Source: Candidatus Yanofskybacteria bacterium RIFCSPLOWO2_01_FULL_42_49 (lineage in GTDB: Bacteria > Patescibacteriota > Minisyncoccia > 2-02-FULL-40-12 > GWA2-44-9). Taken from it: DNA of 64,000 nt. Under the pieces are notes generated by a model. The model worked only from the letters and a program-made list of their open reading frames with translations, was not told where the DNA came from and searched no databases. This document shows positions 9,130 through 17,175 of the stretch, one piece after another. Position 1 is the stretch's first letter, and each line of letters starts with the position of its first letter. The DNA lies in the NCBI GenBank assembly GCA_001795615.1, contig MGKI01000014.1, forward strand, positions 5,380 to 69,379. The letters run 5' to 3'. The translations under genes and the position numbers were made by a program.

Positions 9130-10086
9130 TTATATTATTGAGTATACAATTTTGCCGCCCTCAAAAATGTGAAGTGAGTCGCTTTCTTCGGAAACAGTGA
9201 AAACTGTAGTATTTTTGAAAATATATGATGCCGATATCGCCGATAAGTGACGCAGGTGGACTTTTGCCTTAAAGCCAAATTGTTCGGAGAGATCGTTAAA
9301 TTTGCCGGGATTGATTTTGTTGGCCACTTCTTTAGGTCTTAATCCCTCAATCATTATCCCCGAATGGATAATATCCCCGCCTCTGTCGACTAAAATCGCG
9401 CCGTCAAAATTAATGGTCGTCTCAATATCGTGTTTGTGGCCATGGTAATGTTTTAATAAATTTTGGTGATGCTTTTTATAAATATCCTGCTTTGCGTCGG
9501 GCATATCGGTATATTCATTCCACCTACTCTGCCAGCCAAGAATAATAAAAAGGCCAAAATTCTTTTTGCGGTTCATCAAGCGCAGGATTATCTCTGCTGT
9601 TTTTATCCTCAATTCTTCGGGAAATTTTATTCTTGATTTTTCAAATTTAATTTTCAGTTCGTCTAAAATTTTCTGAATATTTAATTTCCTGGCCGGTTTG
9701 ACCTTGTTCACGTATTTAGCCAAAAGAAGAGAACTATACCTGAAGTTACCGCCCGGCCCGACATTAAAAACAATTTTGCATCCTATTTTTTTGCATGCTT
9801 CGGCTTCAGGAACATTTTTTTCGCCTTTCCGGTTGCCTCCTTTGGCAAAAATATCCGGTTTGATTCTTAGGATTTCTTTGCTAACGCTGACATCTTTGGG
9901 ATTTTTTGGGTGACTGGTAACAACAACCTTGTCAACCCACTTTATGGATCTCAAAATTTCTTCTCTTTCTTTCTGGGGCATCAAAATGTGGGTCTTTTTT
10001 TTCTTAAGCCAATGGTCGTTGTTAAGAATAACCACCAGTTCATCGCCAAGCTTCTTTGCCTCTCTGAGCATCTTAATGTGCCCCAT
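9130..10086 (-). CDS. fusion protein: cytidylyltransferase-like (HxGH) nucleotidyltransferase + calcineurin-like metallophosphoesterase
   Basis: N-terminal ...GGFDPLHMGHIKML...KPDIFAKGG resembles RfaE-domain-II/TagD nucleotidyltransferases. The C-terminal half has the phosphoesterase motif HGHKHD. Coordinates are given from the first ATG. The nucleotide-binding GGFDPLH motif lies upstream of that ATG, so the true start is probably non-canonical at about 10141-10152 (see findings). Confidence 0.55.
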   Translation of the reverse strand: MGHIKMLREAKKLGDELVVILNNDHWLKKKKTHILMPQKEREEILRSIKWVDKVVVTSHPKNPKDVSVSKEILRIKPDIFAKGGNRKGEKNVPEAEACKKIGCKIVFNVGPGGNFRYSSLLLAKYVNKVKPARKLNIQKILDELKIKFEKSRIKFPEELRIKTAEIILRLMNRKKNFGLFIILGWQSRWNEYTDMPDAKQDIYKKHHQNLLKHYHGHKHDIETTINFDGAILVDRGGDIIHSGIMIEGLRPKEVANKINPGKFNDLSEQFGFKAKVHLRHLSAISASYIFKNTTVFTVSEESDSLHIFEGGKIVYSII

Positions 10087-10132
10087 ATGAAGAGGGTCAA
10101 ACCCGCCGGATACCGCAACTAATTTTTTCTGC

Positions 10133-10777
10133 CTATTTTTTATAAATTTCAGATGAAATTCTTTCTACCGCTTCAACTGGGTTGGCCGACTTAATAACGG
10201 GTCGGCCAATGACAAGAAGATCGGCCCCCAATTTAACTGCTTCCAAGGGAGTCACAGTACGGCCTTGGTCATCTTTTATATTGTACCATTTTGGGCGAAT
10301 CCCCGGAACAACTTTTAATCCCCTAAAATTCTTAAGATAGTTGAGTTCATGCGCAGAGCAGACCACGCCATCGAGTTTAGCTTTTTTAATATCCACGATT
10401 AACTTCAAAAATTCCTTTTTACTTACGGTATTTTTGGAAGTAAGGATGGTCACTCCAAGTATTTTGGCTCGACGAGCAGCCTTTTTAGACGCTTCCATCA
10501 TTTCCACTCCTCCGACAGCGTGAACAGTTATTAAGTCGGCCCCTGCTTTTTCCAAACGAGCAACGGAACGGGCCACCGTTGACGGAATGTCGTGCAGTTT
10601 AGCGTCAGCAAAAACCTTGCCGAATTTTTTGAGCTTTTGAATTATTTCTCCGCCTTCGACAGAAAATAGCAAGTCGTTGACCTTAAATCCCCAAACATTA
10701 TTTTTTAATTTTGCCGCAATTTTCAGAGCTTCTTTAACAGACACCCCATCAAGAGAAAGAATGATCTTACGCTCCAT
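10133..10777 (-). CDS. pyrF: orotidine 5'-phosphate decarboxylase
   Basis: [11 protein letters not shown]...KLHDIPSTV...VIGRP motifs typical of PyrF. ATG at rc 10775-10777 is preferred over the GTG at 10807, which would overlap secA. Confidence 0.8.
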   Translation of the reverse strand: MERKIILSLDGVSVKEALKIAAKLKNNVWGFKVNDLLFSVEGGEIIQKLKKFGKVFADAKLHDIPSTVARSVARLEKAGADLITVHAVGGVEMMEASKKAARRAKILGVTILTSKNTVSKKEFLKLIVDIKKAKLDGVVCSAHELNYLKNFRGLKVVPGIRPKWYNIKDDQGRTVTPLEAVKLGADLLVIGRPVIKSANPVEAVERISSEIYKK

Positions 10778-13706
10778 GACACTTTTTATACTTTTTTCCG
10801 CTTCCACAGGGGCAGGGATCGTTCCTGCCTACGCTACCAAATTCATTATTCATGATTCCTGATTCATTTCTGTGCACAGGTTCATTTATAACGGACTGAT
10901 GTTTGTGAGGTCTGATGTCGGGCTTGCCCTCCATGGCTTCAGCGACGGAGGGTCTTTGTTCTTCCATCTTTGTCGGTCGCGGTTGCTGTATTAACGAAAC
11001 TTTAAAAATAATGTTAGCAACTTGAGCTTCAATGGCTGAGGTCAGCTGTTGGAACATTTTTTGCCCTTCAATTTTATATTCAACCAGAGGATCTCTTTGG
11101 CCGTAAGCGCGTAAGCGAACCGAATCGCGGAGATACTCCATCGCTTCAATGTGATCCATCCACAGTTCGTCTATCGTTCTTAAGAGGACCAACTTCTCCA
11201 ATTTTCTCATGTCTTCTTCGCCTACTTCTTTTTCTTTTTCCTCATATTTTTGATAAACGAATTCCAACACTTCTTTTTTTATCTCTTCCTTTTCTTTTGA
11301 TTCGTAATTCGTAATTCGTAATTCGTAATTCGTTAGAGCTTTAACACTTTCTTCAATTTCTTTAATATTCCACTCATAATTAGAGCCTTGGGTATGAAAA
11401 TCAACAATCTGGCTTATTGTATTCTCAATAAAGTTTTGAATTTTGAGTTTTGAATTTTGAGTTTGTTTAGAGTTTAGAGTTTCGAGTTTAGAGTTTACGA
11501 TTTCTCGCCTTAGCCGATAAATCGTCTCGCGGTGCTTATTCATCACATCATCGTACTCAAGCACATATTTTCTTATGTCAAAATTGTGGCCCTCTATCTT
11601 TGACTGCGCCTGTTCAATCGCGCGAGAAATAAATCTGTTCTCAACTACGTCATCATCACCGACACCAAGTGTCTCCATAATATTATGAAGTCGGTCGCCG
11701 CCAAACACCCTGATAACATCATCTTGAGTAGAAACGAAGAACTGCGATGAACCGGGATCGCCTTGCCGTCCGGCGCGGCCACGAAGCTGGTCATCTATCC
11801 GTCTTGCTTCGTGCCGTTCTGTGCCAATAACATGGAGACCTCCGACTTCGCGAACCTTGTTCGCTTCGTCGGGCAAAGCAGGATTGCCGCCAAGAATAAT
11901 ATCAACTCCGCGGCCGGCCATATTAGTTGCGACCGTTACCGCGCCAAGCCGTCCGGCTTGAGCGTGCAGTTCCGCTTCTTTTTCATGCTGTTTGGCGTTT
12001 AACACATTGTGAGGAATGCCGTCTCTCGAAAGCATCGCTGACAATAATTCGTTCTTTTCTATGGATACCGTACCAACAAGCACCGGCTGGCCTTTCTCGT
12101 GTTTTTCCTTTACTTCTCTGACTACCGCCCGAAATTTCCCCTCTTCATTTTTGTAAATCCTGTCTGGCATATCTTTTCTTACCAGCGGTTTATTCGTCGG
12201 CACTTCAACAACATCAAGACCATATACTTTGTGAAATTCTTCAGCAGATGTTCGGGCGGTACCGGTCATGCCGGCGAGTTTTTTGTATAAACGAAAATAG
12301 TTCTGGAATGTTATCGTGGCGAGAGTTCTGGATTCTTTTTGTATTTTCACTCCTTCTTTCGCCTCAACCGCCTGATGAAGCCCCTCGGACCAGCGCCGAC
12401 CCGGCATTAACCGTCCTGTAAATTCGTCGACAATTATTACTTCCTTTCCGCCGGAGGCGGATCCGCCTCCGGCGGAAACCACATAGTCGCGGTCTTTTTT
12501 AAATAAGACCTGCGCTTTAAGCGCCTGCTCAAGGTGATGGACATGCCTTACTCCTCCTTCGTTGTAAATGTTGCTTATACCCAGCGCTTTTTCCACTTTT
12601 TCTATCCCTTTCTCGGTAATAGACACCGCTTTTAATTTTTCGTCTAGATTATAGTCTTCGTTCTCAACAAGCCGCGGAGCGATACGGGCAAATGTTTCAT
12701 ATAATTTACCGGAGTCCTCGTCAGGCGCAGAAATTATAAGAGGAGTTCTTGCTTCGTCAATCAAAATACTGTCGACTTCATCAACTATTGCAAAGTTATG
12801 CATTTGTTGCAGGTCTTTAGTATTTTGAATTTCGGATTTTGAATTTGGAATTTGTTTAGGATTTAGGATTTGGGATTTAGGATTTTCGCTTCGCAATTGA
12901 ACCATTTGCGAAGCGTCATAGGCCATATTGTCGCGCAAATAGTCGAACCCCAACTCGTTGTTCGTACAGTATGTAATATCAGCCGCATAGGCCTCCTTGC
13001 GACCAACCGGCCTCAAAAACTCGTGAACAACCTTAAAACTTCCTAGGGTGTCTCTTGTCTCATCAAGTTTAGAGTTTTGCTTGCCCGCCGAAGCTTTAGC
13101 GAAGGCGGGGTCATTTGGTTTTTTGTTTTCATTGGAAATTGAAAATTGGAAATTGGAAATTCCACTTGCTTCTTTGTTTGTCTCGCTATGGCTTGGATCG
13201 TATAGATACGAGCTATCGTGATTGATACATCCCACAGTAAGTCCGAGCAAGTGGTAAATCTGTCCCATCCAGGCCGTATCGCGGCGGGATAGGTAGTCAT
13301 TCACGGTTACGATGTGAACTCCTTGTCCGGCAAGCGCGTTCAAATATGCCGGCAATGTGGCAACTAAAGTTTTCCCTTCACCAGTTTTCATTTCGGCAAT
13401 CTTGCCCTGATGCAAAACAATGCCGCCCATCAACTGAACGTCAAAATGCCGCTGGTTAAGCGTCCGTTTGGCCGCTTCGCGAACCGCCGCAAATGCTTCG
13501 GGCAGAATATCGTCCAACGACTCAATGGCTCCGTCATTGAGTCGTTCATTGAGTCGTTGACGAAATTCTCCCGTTTTCGCCTTTAACTCCTCGTCTGACA
13601 GTTTCTCAAATTCCGGCTCAAGCGAATTTATCCGGTCTATGACCGGCTGAAGCGACTTAATATACCTAGCATTAGCGTCCCCGAATACTTTACCTAGTAT
13701 TGACAT
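10767..13706 (-). CDS. secA: preprotein translocase ATPase SecA (expanded, 979 aa)
   Basis: Canonical SecA N-terminus, DEAD-like motor, and C-terminal zinc finger [14 protein letters not shown]. It contains several low-complexity and GC-palindrome insertions (see findings). Confidence 0.95.
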   Translation of the reverse strand: MSILGKVFGDANARYIKSLQPVIDRINSLEPEFEKLSDEELKAKTGEFRQRLNERLNDGAIESLDDILPEAFAAVREAAKRTLNQRHFDVQLMGGIVLHQGKIAEMKTGEGKTLVATLPAYLNALAGQGVHIVTVNDYLSRRDTAWMGQIYHLLGLTVGCINHDSSYLYDPSHSETNKEASGISNFQFSISNENKKPNDPAFAKASAGKQNSKLDETRDTLGSFKVVHEFLRPVGRKEAYAADITYCTNNELGFDYLRDNMAYDASQMVQLRSENPKSQILNPKQIPNSKSEIQNTKDLQQMHNFAIVDEVDSILIDEARTPLIISAPDEDSGKLYETFARIAPRLVENEDYNLDEKLKAVSITEKGIEKVEKALGISNIYNEGGVRHVHHLEQALKAQVLFKKDRDYVVSAGGGSASGGKEVIIVDEFTGRLMPGRRWSEGLHQAVEAKEGVKIQKESRTLATITFQNYFRLYKKLAGMTGTARTSAEEFHKVYGLDVVEVPTNKPLVRKDMPDRIYKNEEGKFRAVVREVKEKHEKGQPVLVGTVSIEKNELLSAMLSRDGIPHNVLNAKQHEKEAELHAQAGRLGAVTVATNMAGRGVDIILGGNPALPDEANKVREVGGLHVIGTERHEARRIDDQLRGRAGRQGDPGSSQFFVSTQDDVIRVFGGDRLHNIMETLGVGDDDVVENRFISRAIEQAQSKIEGHNFDIRKYVLEYDDVMNKHRETIYRLRREIVNSKLETLNSKQTQNSKLKIQNFIENTISQIVDFHTQGSNYEWNIKEIEESVKALTNYELRITNYESKEKEEIKKEVLEFVYQKYEEKEKEVGEEDMRKLEKLVLLRTIDELWMDHIEAMEYLRDSVRLRAYGQRDPLVEYKIEGQKMFQQLTSAIEAQVANIIFKVSLIQQPRPTKMEEQRPSVAEAMEGKPDIRPHKHQSVINEPVHRNESGIMNNEFGSVGRNDPCPCGSGKKYKKCHGA
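11283..11508. repeat. tandem heptanucleotide repeats inside secA (AATTCGT x5; GAATTTTGAGTTTT/TTTAGAG-type array)
   Basis: Direct reading: ttcgtaattcgtaattcgtaattcgtaattcgt, and gaattttgagttttgaattttgagtttgtttagagtttagagtttcgagtttagagttta. These encode [15 protein letters not shown] and [22 protein letters not shown]. Confidence 0.65.
12447..12476. repeat. perfect 30-bp palindrome (tccgccggaggcggatccgcctccggcgga) inside secA, in frame
   Basis: Verified identical to its own reverse complement. It encodes [10 protein letters not shown], inserted where E. coli SecA has KDG. A near-copy lies between genes at 22459-22486. Confidence 0.7.
12822..12893. repeat. tandem heptamer-type repeats inside secA (GAATTTG/GGATTTA array)
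   Basis: tttgaatttcggattttgaatttggaatttgtttaggatttaggatttgggatttaggatttt encodes [23 protein letters not shown]. Confidence 0.6.
13055..13170. repeat. composite in-frame element in secA: AT-rich heptamer arm, GC-rich hairpin, AT-rich heptamer arm
   Basis: The first arm is agtttagagttttg. The GC-rich hairpin is cccgccgaagctttagcgaaggcgggg (13081-13108). The second arm is ggaaattgaaaattggaaattggaaattcc. Together they encode [34 protein letters not shown]. Confidence 0.6.
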
Positions 13707-13894
13707 AAATACCTGTTTATTATAGGTTATCAGCGGATTTATTACAAATAAAGGGCAGCGTGTGCTTCCTAAAATTAAAAAGGCGTCTGTACTTTTTTAT
13801 CTACTTTTTATTGTAACGCTAAAGTCCGTTTTGTTTCTGGTGTTTTTCTTAAGTATTTTCTTCTCTTAAATCTTTGAGCAAATTTTCCAAAAAA

Positions 13895-13923
13895 TTGACA
13901 CAGAACTAAAGCCGTGCTATCAT
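13895..13923 (+). promoter_or_regulatory. sigma-70-like promoter TTGACA-17-TATCAT upstream of the 13962 ORF
   Basis: TTGACA at 13895-13900, a 17-nt spacer, TATCAT at 13918-23. The -10 element sits in the loop of a hairpin gccgtgc/gcacggt (13911-13933) followed by TTTTT. SD AGGGAGG lies before the GTG at 13962. Confidence 0.4.
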
Positions 13924-13961
13924 AAGGCACGGTTTTTGGTTCGTTCAAAAGGGAGGTTATT

Positions 13962-14207
13962 GTGGAGTTTGCTGCCGTTCAAGAAGTCAAAGAGTGCAAA
14001 TCACAGGATGATGTGAATGAATTACTACGCCAGGGAAATTGGAAGTTACTGGCGGTAAAAGTTGAAAAGGTTAAAAAACCAGTTGGGAAAGAGAGGGTGG
14101 GAGTAGATGCAGTTTCTGACTGGGCTAATGGCCAAAGATGGTGGGATAGATATGAGATTAAGTACGAAGAATGCTTAGAATCTACTTATGTACTGGGTAG
14201 GTTATAA
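13962..14207 (+). CDS. hypothetical small protein (81 aa)
   Basis: ORF with a good SD and GTG start, a promoter upstream and its own terminator downstream. No recognisable domain. Confidence 0.4.
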   Translation: MEFAAVQEVKECKSQDDVNELLRQGNWKLLAVKVEKVKKPVGKERVGVDAVSDWANGQRWWDRYEIKYEECLESTYVLGRL

Positions 14208-14218
14208 AATCTGTTTTC

Positions 14219-14247
14219 CTTGCCGACTATGTCGGCTTTTTCTTTTT
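14219..14247 (+). terminator. intrinsic terminator
   Basis: gccgac-tat-gtcggc hairpin followed by TTTTTCTTTTT. Confidence 0.55.
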
Positions 14248-14311
14248 ATCCCCAATATCTCTGGAAACGCTAGGAGTCAGTTGTCGTGATAATTTTCTTG
14301 AAAAAGAAGAT

Positions 14312-14572
14312 ATGCAAATTCCCGGCAAAGTAGTAAATATTTGGTATTCAAAAAACACTAAAGTTGTACAGGTGAAGATAGATCTGGGCCTGGAAACATC
14401 AAGAGGAAACAGGTATATTCAAGGTCTTTTCGAATTTACTGATGAATATTTTGGAACCCTAGACCCTAAGCATGGAGATTGCGTATCGGTTTGGGCAGGC
14501 CTTTACAAGCATGGGGAAACAGTTATTTATACAAATCGCAATCTTACTCCTGGCCCTACCCAATGTGAGTGA
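14312..14572 (+). CDS. hypothetical small protein (86 aa)
   Basis: ORF between two terminator-like hairpins. No recognisable domain. Confidence 0.4.
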   Translation: MQIPGKVVNIWYSKNTKVVQVKIDLGLETSRGNRYIQGLFEFTDEYFGTLDPKHGDCVSVWAGLYKHGETVIYTNRNLTPGPTQCE

Positions 14573-14596
14573 TTAGCGCGGCATTTCTGCCGCTCT

Positions 14597-14630
14597 GTGT
14601 CCGCCGAAGCTTTATGTGAAGGCGGATTTT
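14597..14630. terminator. GC-rich hairpin between convergent genes (bidirectional terminator; member of the GC-rich repeat family)
   Basis: tccgccgaagctttatgtgaaggcgga followed by TTTT. It is related to the copy inside secA at 13081-13108. Confidence 0.45.
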
Positions 14631-15018
14631 ATTTCCTGGTTTTTCTTGAGAGATCCACTTTTTTGCTTTTAAACTTTTGGATTTGTCTTTGAAGTTCATT
14701 CTTTACATCAACAATCGCGTTGCGCAGATCCTCATGCTGGCAAGTTGCCCGCAAGAGTTGACCGCCCAGTTTTAAGTTAACCTCGGCATAGAATATTCTA
14801 CCGGAACGATGATGTTTTGACGGCAACCCGATTTCAACCCTTGCTTCCATTGGCTCGCCGAAGCCTTGTCGCTGACGCTCCATAGCTTTAGCGACGGAGC
14901 GGCGAAGGCGGCTAGGGCCTCCGCCTAAAAATTTTTCCAATCCCCCTATTTTGTCCTCAATAAAAACTTCCAAGGGCCCGTCAAGGGAAATATTTTTAGT
15001 CGTTATGATTAATTTCAT
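14629..15018 (-). CDS. hpf: ribosome hibernation promoting factor (HPF/RaiA short form) with an internal ~25-aa insertion
   Basis: N-terminus MKLIITTKNISLDGPLEVFIEDKIGGLEKF and the C-terminal half align to sigma-54 modulation/HPF proteins. The GC-rich segment 14868-14945 encodes the extra GGGPSRLRRSVAKAMERQRQGFGEP. Confidence 0.75.
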   Translation of the reverse strand: MKLIITTKNISLDGPLEVFIEDKIGGLEKFLGGGPSRLRRSVAKAMERQRQGFGEPMEARVEIGLPSKHHRSGRIFYAEVNLKLGGQLLRATCQHEDLRNAIVDVKNELQRQIQKFKSKKVDLSRKTRK

Positions 15019-15133
15019 ACAATAATCCTAATTTTAAATTCTAAAAATTGCAAATTGAAAATTCATTAAAAATTAAATGAGTTATGCACAAAAAATTCTG
15101 TACAAGAATTTTTTGTAAGCGTAAATTTAAATT

Positions 15134-16462
15134 ATGAACGGAAACGGCAATGGGTATCAGGAAAAACCCAAACATAAATTTTTATTTGTATCGTGGGAAG
15201 CGTTGAGCGGAGATTTGGCGTGGAAAATAAAAAATGAGGGACACGAGGTCAAGTGCTACATAAAAGATTCCACCGACGAATACGACGGACTCATTGAAAA
15301 AATAGACGACTGGAAAAAATATGTTGAGTGGGCCGATGTAGTTGTCTTTGACGATGTCGGATTCGGCAAAGAAGCTGAAGCCTTGCGCAAGGCAGGTAAA
15401 GCCGTCGTCGGAGGAAGCATTTACACCGACCGCCTCGAAGAAGAGCGAGAGTTCGGCCAATCGGAAATGAAACGACTCGGCATGTTGACTTTGCCTTCTT
15501 GGGACTTTGACGACTACGACAAAGCGCTCCAGTTCATAAAAGAAAACCCCGGACGATATGTATATAAGCCATCGAGTTTTACATCGATTAATTTATTTCT
15601 GACAGGCGACTTGAAAAAAGGACTGTCGTTCACCGGCAAGGAAGAAGACGGAAAAGACTTATACGAAATAATCGAACAGAACAAAAAAGTCCTAAGCCGG
15701 AAAGTAAAACAGTTCCAGCTGCAAAAATATGTAAACGGCGTGGAAGTCGGGGCATCGGCATTTTTCAACGGAGAGAAATTTATTACCCCGATATTGGTTG
15801 CCTTTGAACATAAGCGTCTTTTCCCGGGAGAACTTGGTTCTATGACGGGAGAAATGGGCACATCCATGTTCTGGTCTGAGCCGAACAAATTATTTAAAGA
15901 AACAACGGGCAGGATGGAAGAAGACCTTAAAAAATCCGGTTATGTCGGTTACATAGACATTAACTGCATAGTCAACGGGAGAGGAATTTACCCTCTTGAA
16001 TTTACATGCCGATTCGGTTATCCGACGATCAGCATTCAACAGGAAGGAACATTGAGCGAATGGGGTGAATTTTTATATGCTCTAGCCAACCACAAAGACT
16101 ACCAGCTTAGAACTAAACGAGGATTTCAGATAGGAGTCGTCTGCGTGGTACCGCCATTCCCCTATCATGATCCGACCCAGATGGAAATATACAAAGACCT
16201 GTCAATCCTTTTTAAAAAGCCGGGCCTGGAAGGCATCCACCTTGGCGATGTAAAAGTAATCGACAACATCTGGCGGGTTGCCGGAAACAGCGCTTATGTC
16301 TTGATTGTCACAGGAAGCGGATCAACCATGGAAGAGGCCCGCAAACAGGCCTACTTGAGGATAGAGAATGTAATCTTAGTTAACATGTTCTACCGCACTG
16401 ATATCGGAGCGGGCTGGGGAGAAGATAGCGACAAGCTCCAGACTTGGGGGTATTTATATTAG
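15134..16462 (+). CDS. ATP-grasp enzyme, phosphoribosylamine--glycine ligase (PurD) homolog
   Basis: Motifs resembling PurD: ALSGDLAWKI (cf GGREHALAWK), FEHKRLFPGELGSMTGEMGT (cf DHKR..GPNTGGMG), PLEFTCRFGYP (cf IEFNCRFGDPE). No other pur genes are nearby. Confidence 0.6.
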   Translation: MNGNGNGYQEKPKHKFLFVSWEALSGDLAWKIKNEGHEVKCYIKDSTDEYDGLIEKIDDWKKYVEWADVVVFDDVGFGKEAEALRKAGKAVVGGSIYTDRLEEEREFGQSEMKRLGMLTLPSWDFDDYDKALQFIKENPGRYVYKPSSFTSINLFLTGDLKKGLSFTGKEEDGKDLYEIIEQNKKVLSRKVKQFQLQKYVNGVEVGASAFFNGEKFITPILVAFEHKRLFPGELGSMTGEMGTSMFWSEPNKLFKETTGRMEEDLKKSGYVGYIDINCIVNGRGIYPLEFTCRFGYPTISIQQEGTLSEWGEFLYALANHKDYQLRTKRGFQIGVVCVVPPFPYHDPTQMEIYKDLSILFKKPGLEGIHLGDVKVIDNIWRVAGNSAYVLIVTGSGSTMEEARKQAYLRIENVILVNMFYRTDIGAGWGEDSDKLQTWGYLY

Positions 16463-17116
16463 GATATGTTTTGTCCTCGCCATCAGGGAGTGGATTTTTG
16501 TTTTAATGAGAGAGAAGCCGAAATATTTTTGAAAAATCATATCTAATTTTTCGCGAAGATTTTTTGTATTCCGCATTGATACATATTCCTGAATCGTATC
16601 AGGTTCCACCAGAACATACGCATTCGCCTCATCAATGGCAACATCATCACAATAGCCCATCCGACGCAGTCCTTTGTTTATTGATCCGATATTGTATTCC
16701 TTTATACATCTCTCAACTTCTTTGCGATAGTCCGGATTAACATAAATAGCGCCGTGAGCAAATTCGTGTTTAACCGTTTCGGTAAAATATTCGGCACCGG
16801 GAGTAACTCCAATCACATAAAAGTCACCTCGGGCATCTTTGCAAATATCCAACAAGTTCTGCTCCAACGGCGTTAAGGGGTCGAACCGGCCAGACCTAAA
16901 AGGCTCAATAGCCCTGGATGGGATATTAAACCCGTACCAGTCTTTAGTATATGTAAAAGCGCCGTATTTTAAGGCGTACCAGTGGGCAAAATCATCAACG
17001 GTAAAAACCCGGCCTTTGAATTCCGGAGATTCATAATACTCCTGAAACCTCATAAACATCCCAGCTAGAACTTGACGACTTGATGATTCTATTAGGTAAA
17101 TTGGGGCGAGATTCAT
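16454..17116 (-). CDS. hypothetical protein with HExxH motif (possible metallopeptidase-like)
   Basis: VKHEFAHGAIY motif; no other recognisable domain. Confidence 0.35.
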   Translation of the reverse strand: MNLAPIYLIESSSRQVLAGMFMRFQEYYESPEFKGRVFTVDDFAHWYALKYGAFTYTKDWYGFNIPSRAIEPFRSGRFDPLTPLEQNLLDICKDARGDFYVIGVTPGAEYFTETVKHEFAHGAIYVNPDYRKEVERCIKEYNIGSINKGLRRMGYCDDVAIDEANAYVLVEPDTIQEYVSMRNTKNLREKLDMIFQKYFGFSLIKTKIHSLMARTKHILI

Positions 17117-17175
17117 TTGTCCATCTTGGCAGAATTTTTTTAGGACGCAAGTTGACTGAAATCAACAAAATCAGT

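Noticed and set aside
12447-12476. Interpretation of the GGATCC-centred palindrome encoding a Gly-Ser linker as a cloning or synthetic-linker artefact
   Set aside because: A diverged copy exists intergenically (22459-22486) with matching flanks from the same repeat family. Related GC hairpins occur in hpf and elsewhere in secA. Natural origin is more parsimonious, though read-level verification is still advisable.
3281-13170. CRISPR array hypothesis for the tandem repeats
   Set aside because: The repeats are 7-nt units in direct tandem with no 25-40-nt repeat/spacer periodicity, and they lie inside coding regions. This is not CRISPR architecture. No cas genes except Cas4-like nucleases, which also occur outside CRISPR contexts.
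15134-16462. Treating the PurD homolog as evidence of a purine-biosynthesis operon
   Set aside because: No purN, purM, purH or other pur genes flank it. Neighbours are unrelated, so it is reported as an orphan ATP-grasp enzyme instead.
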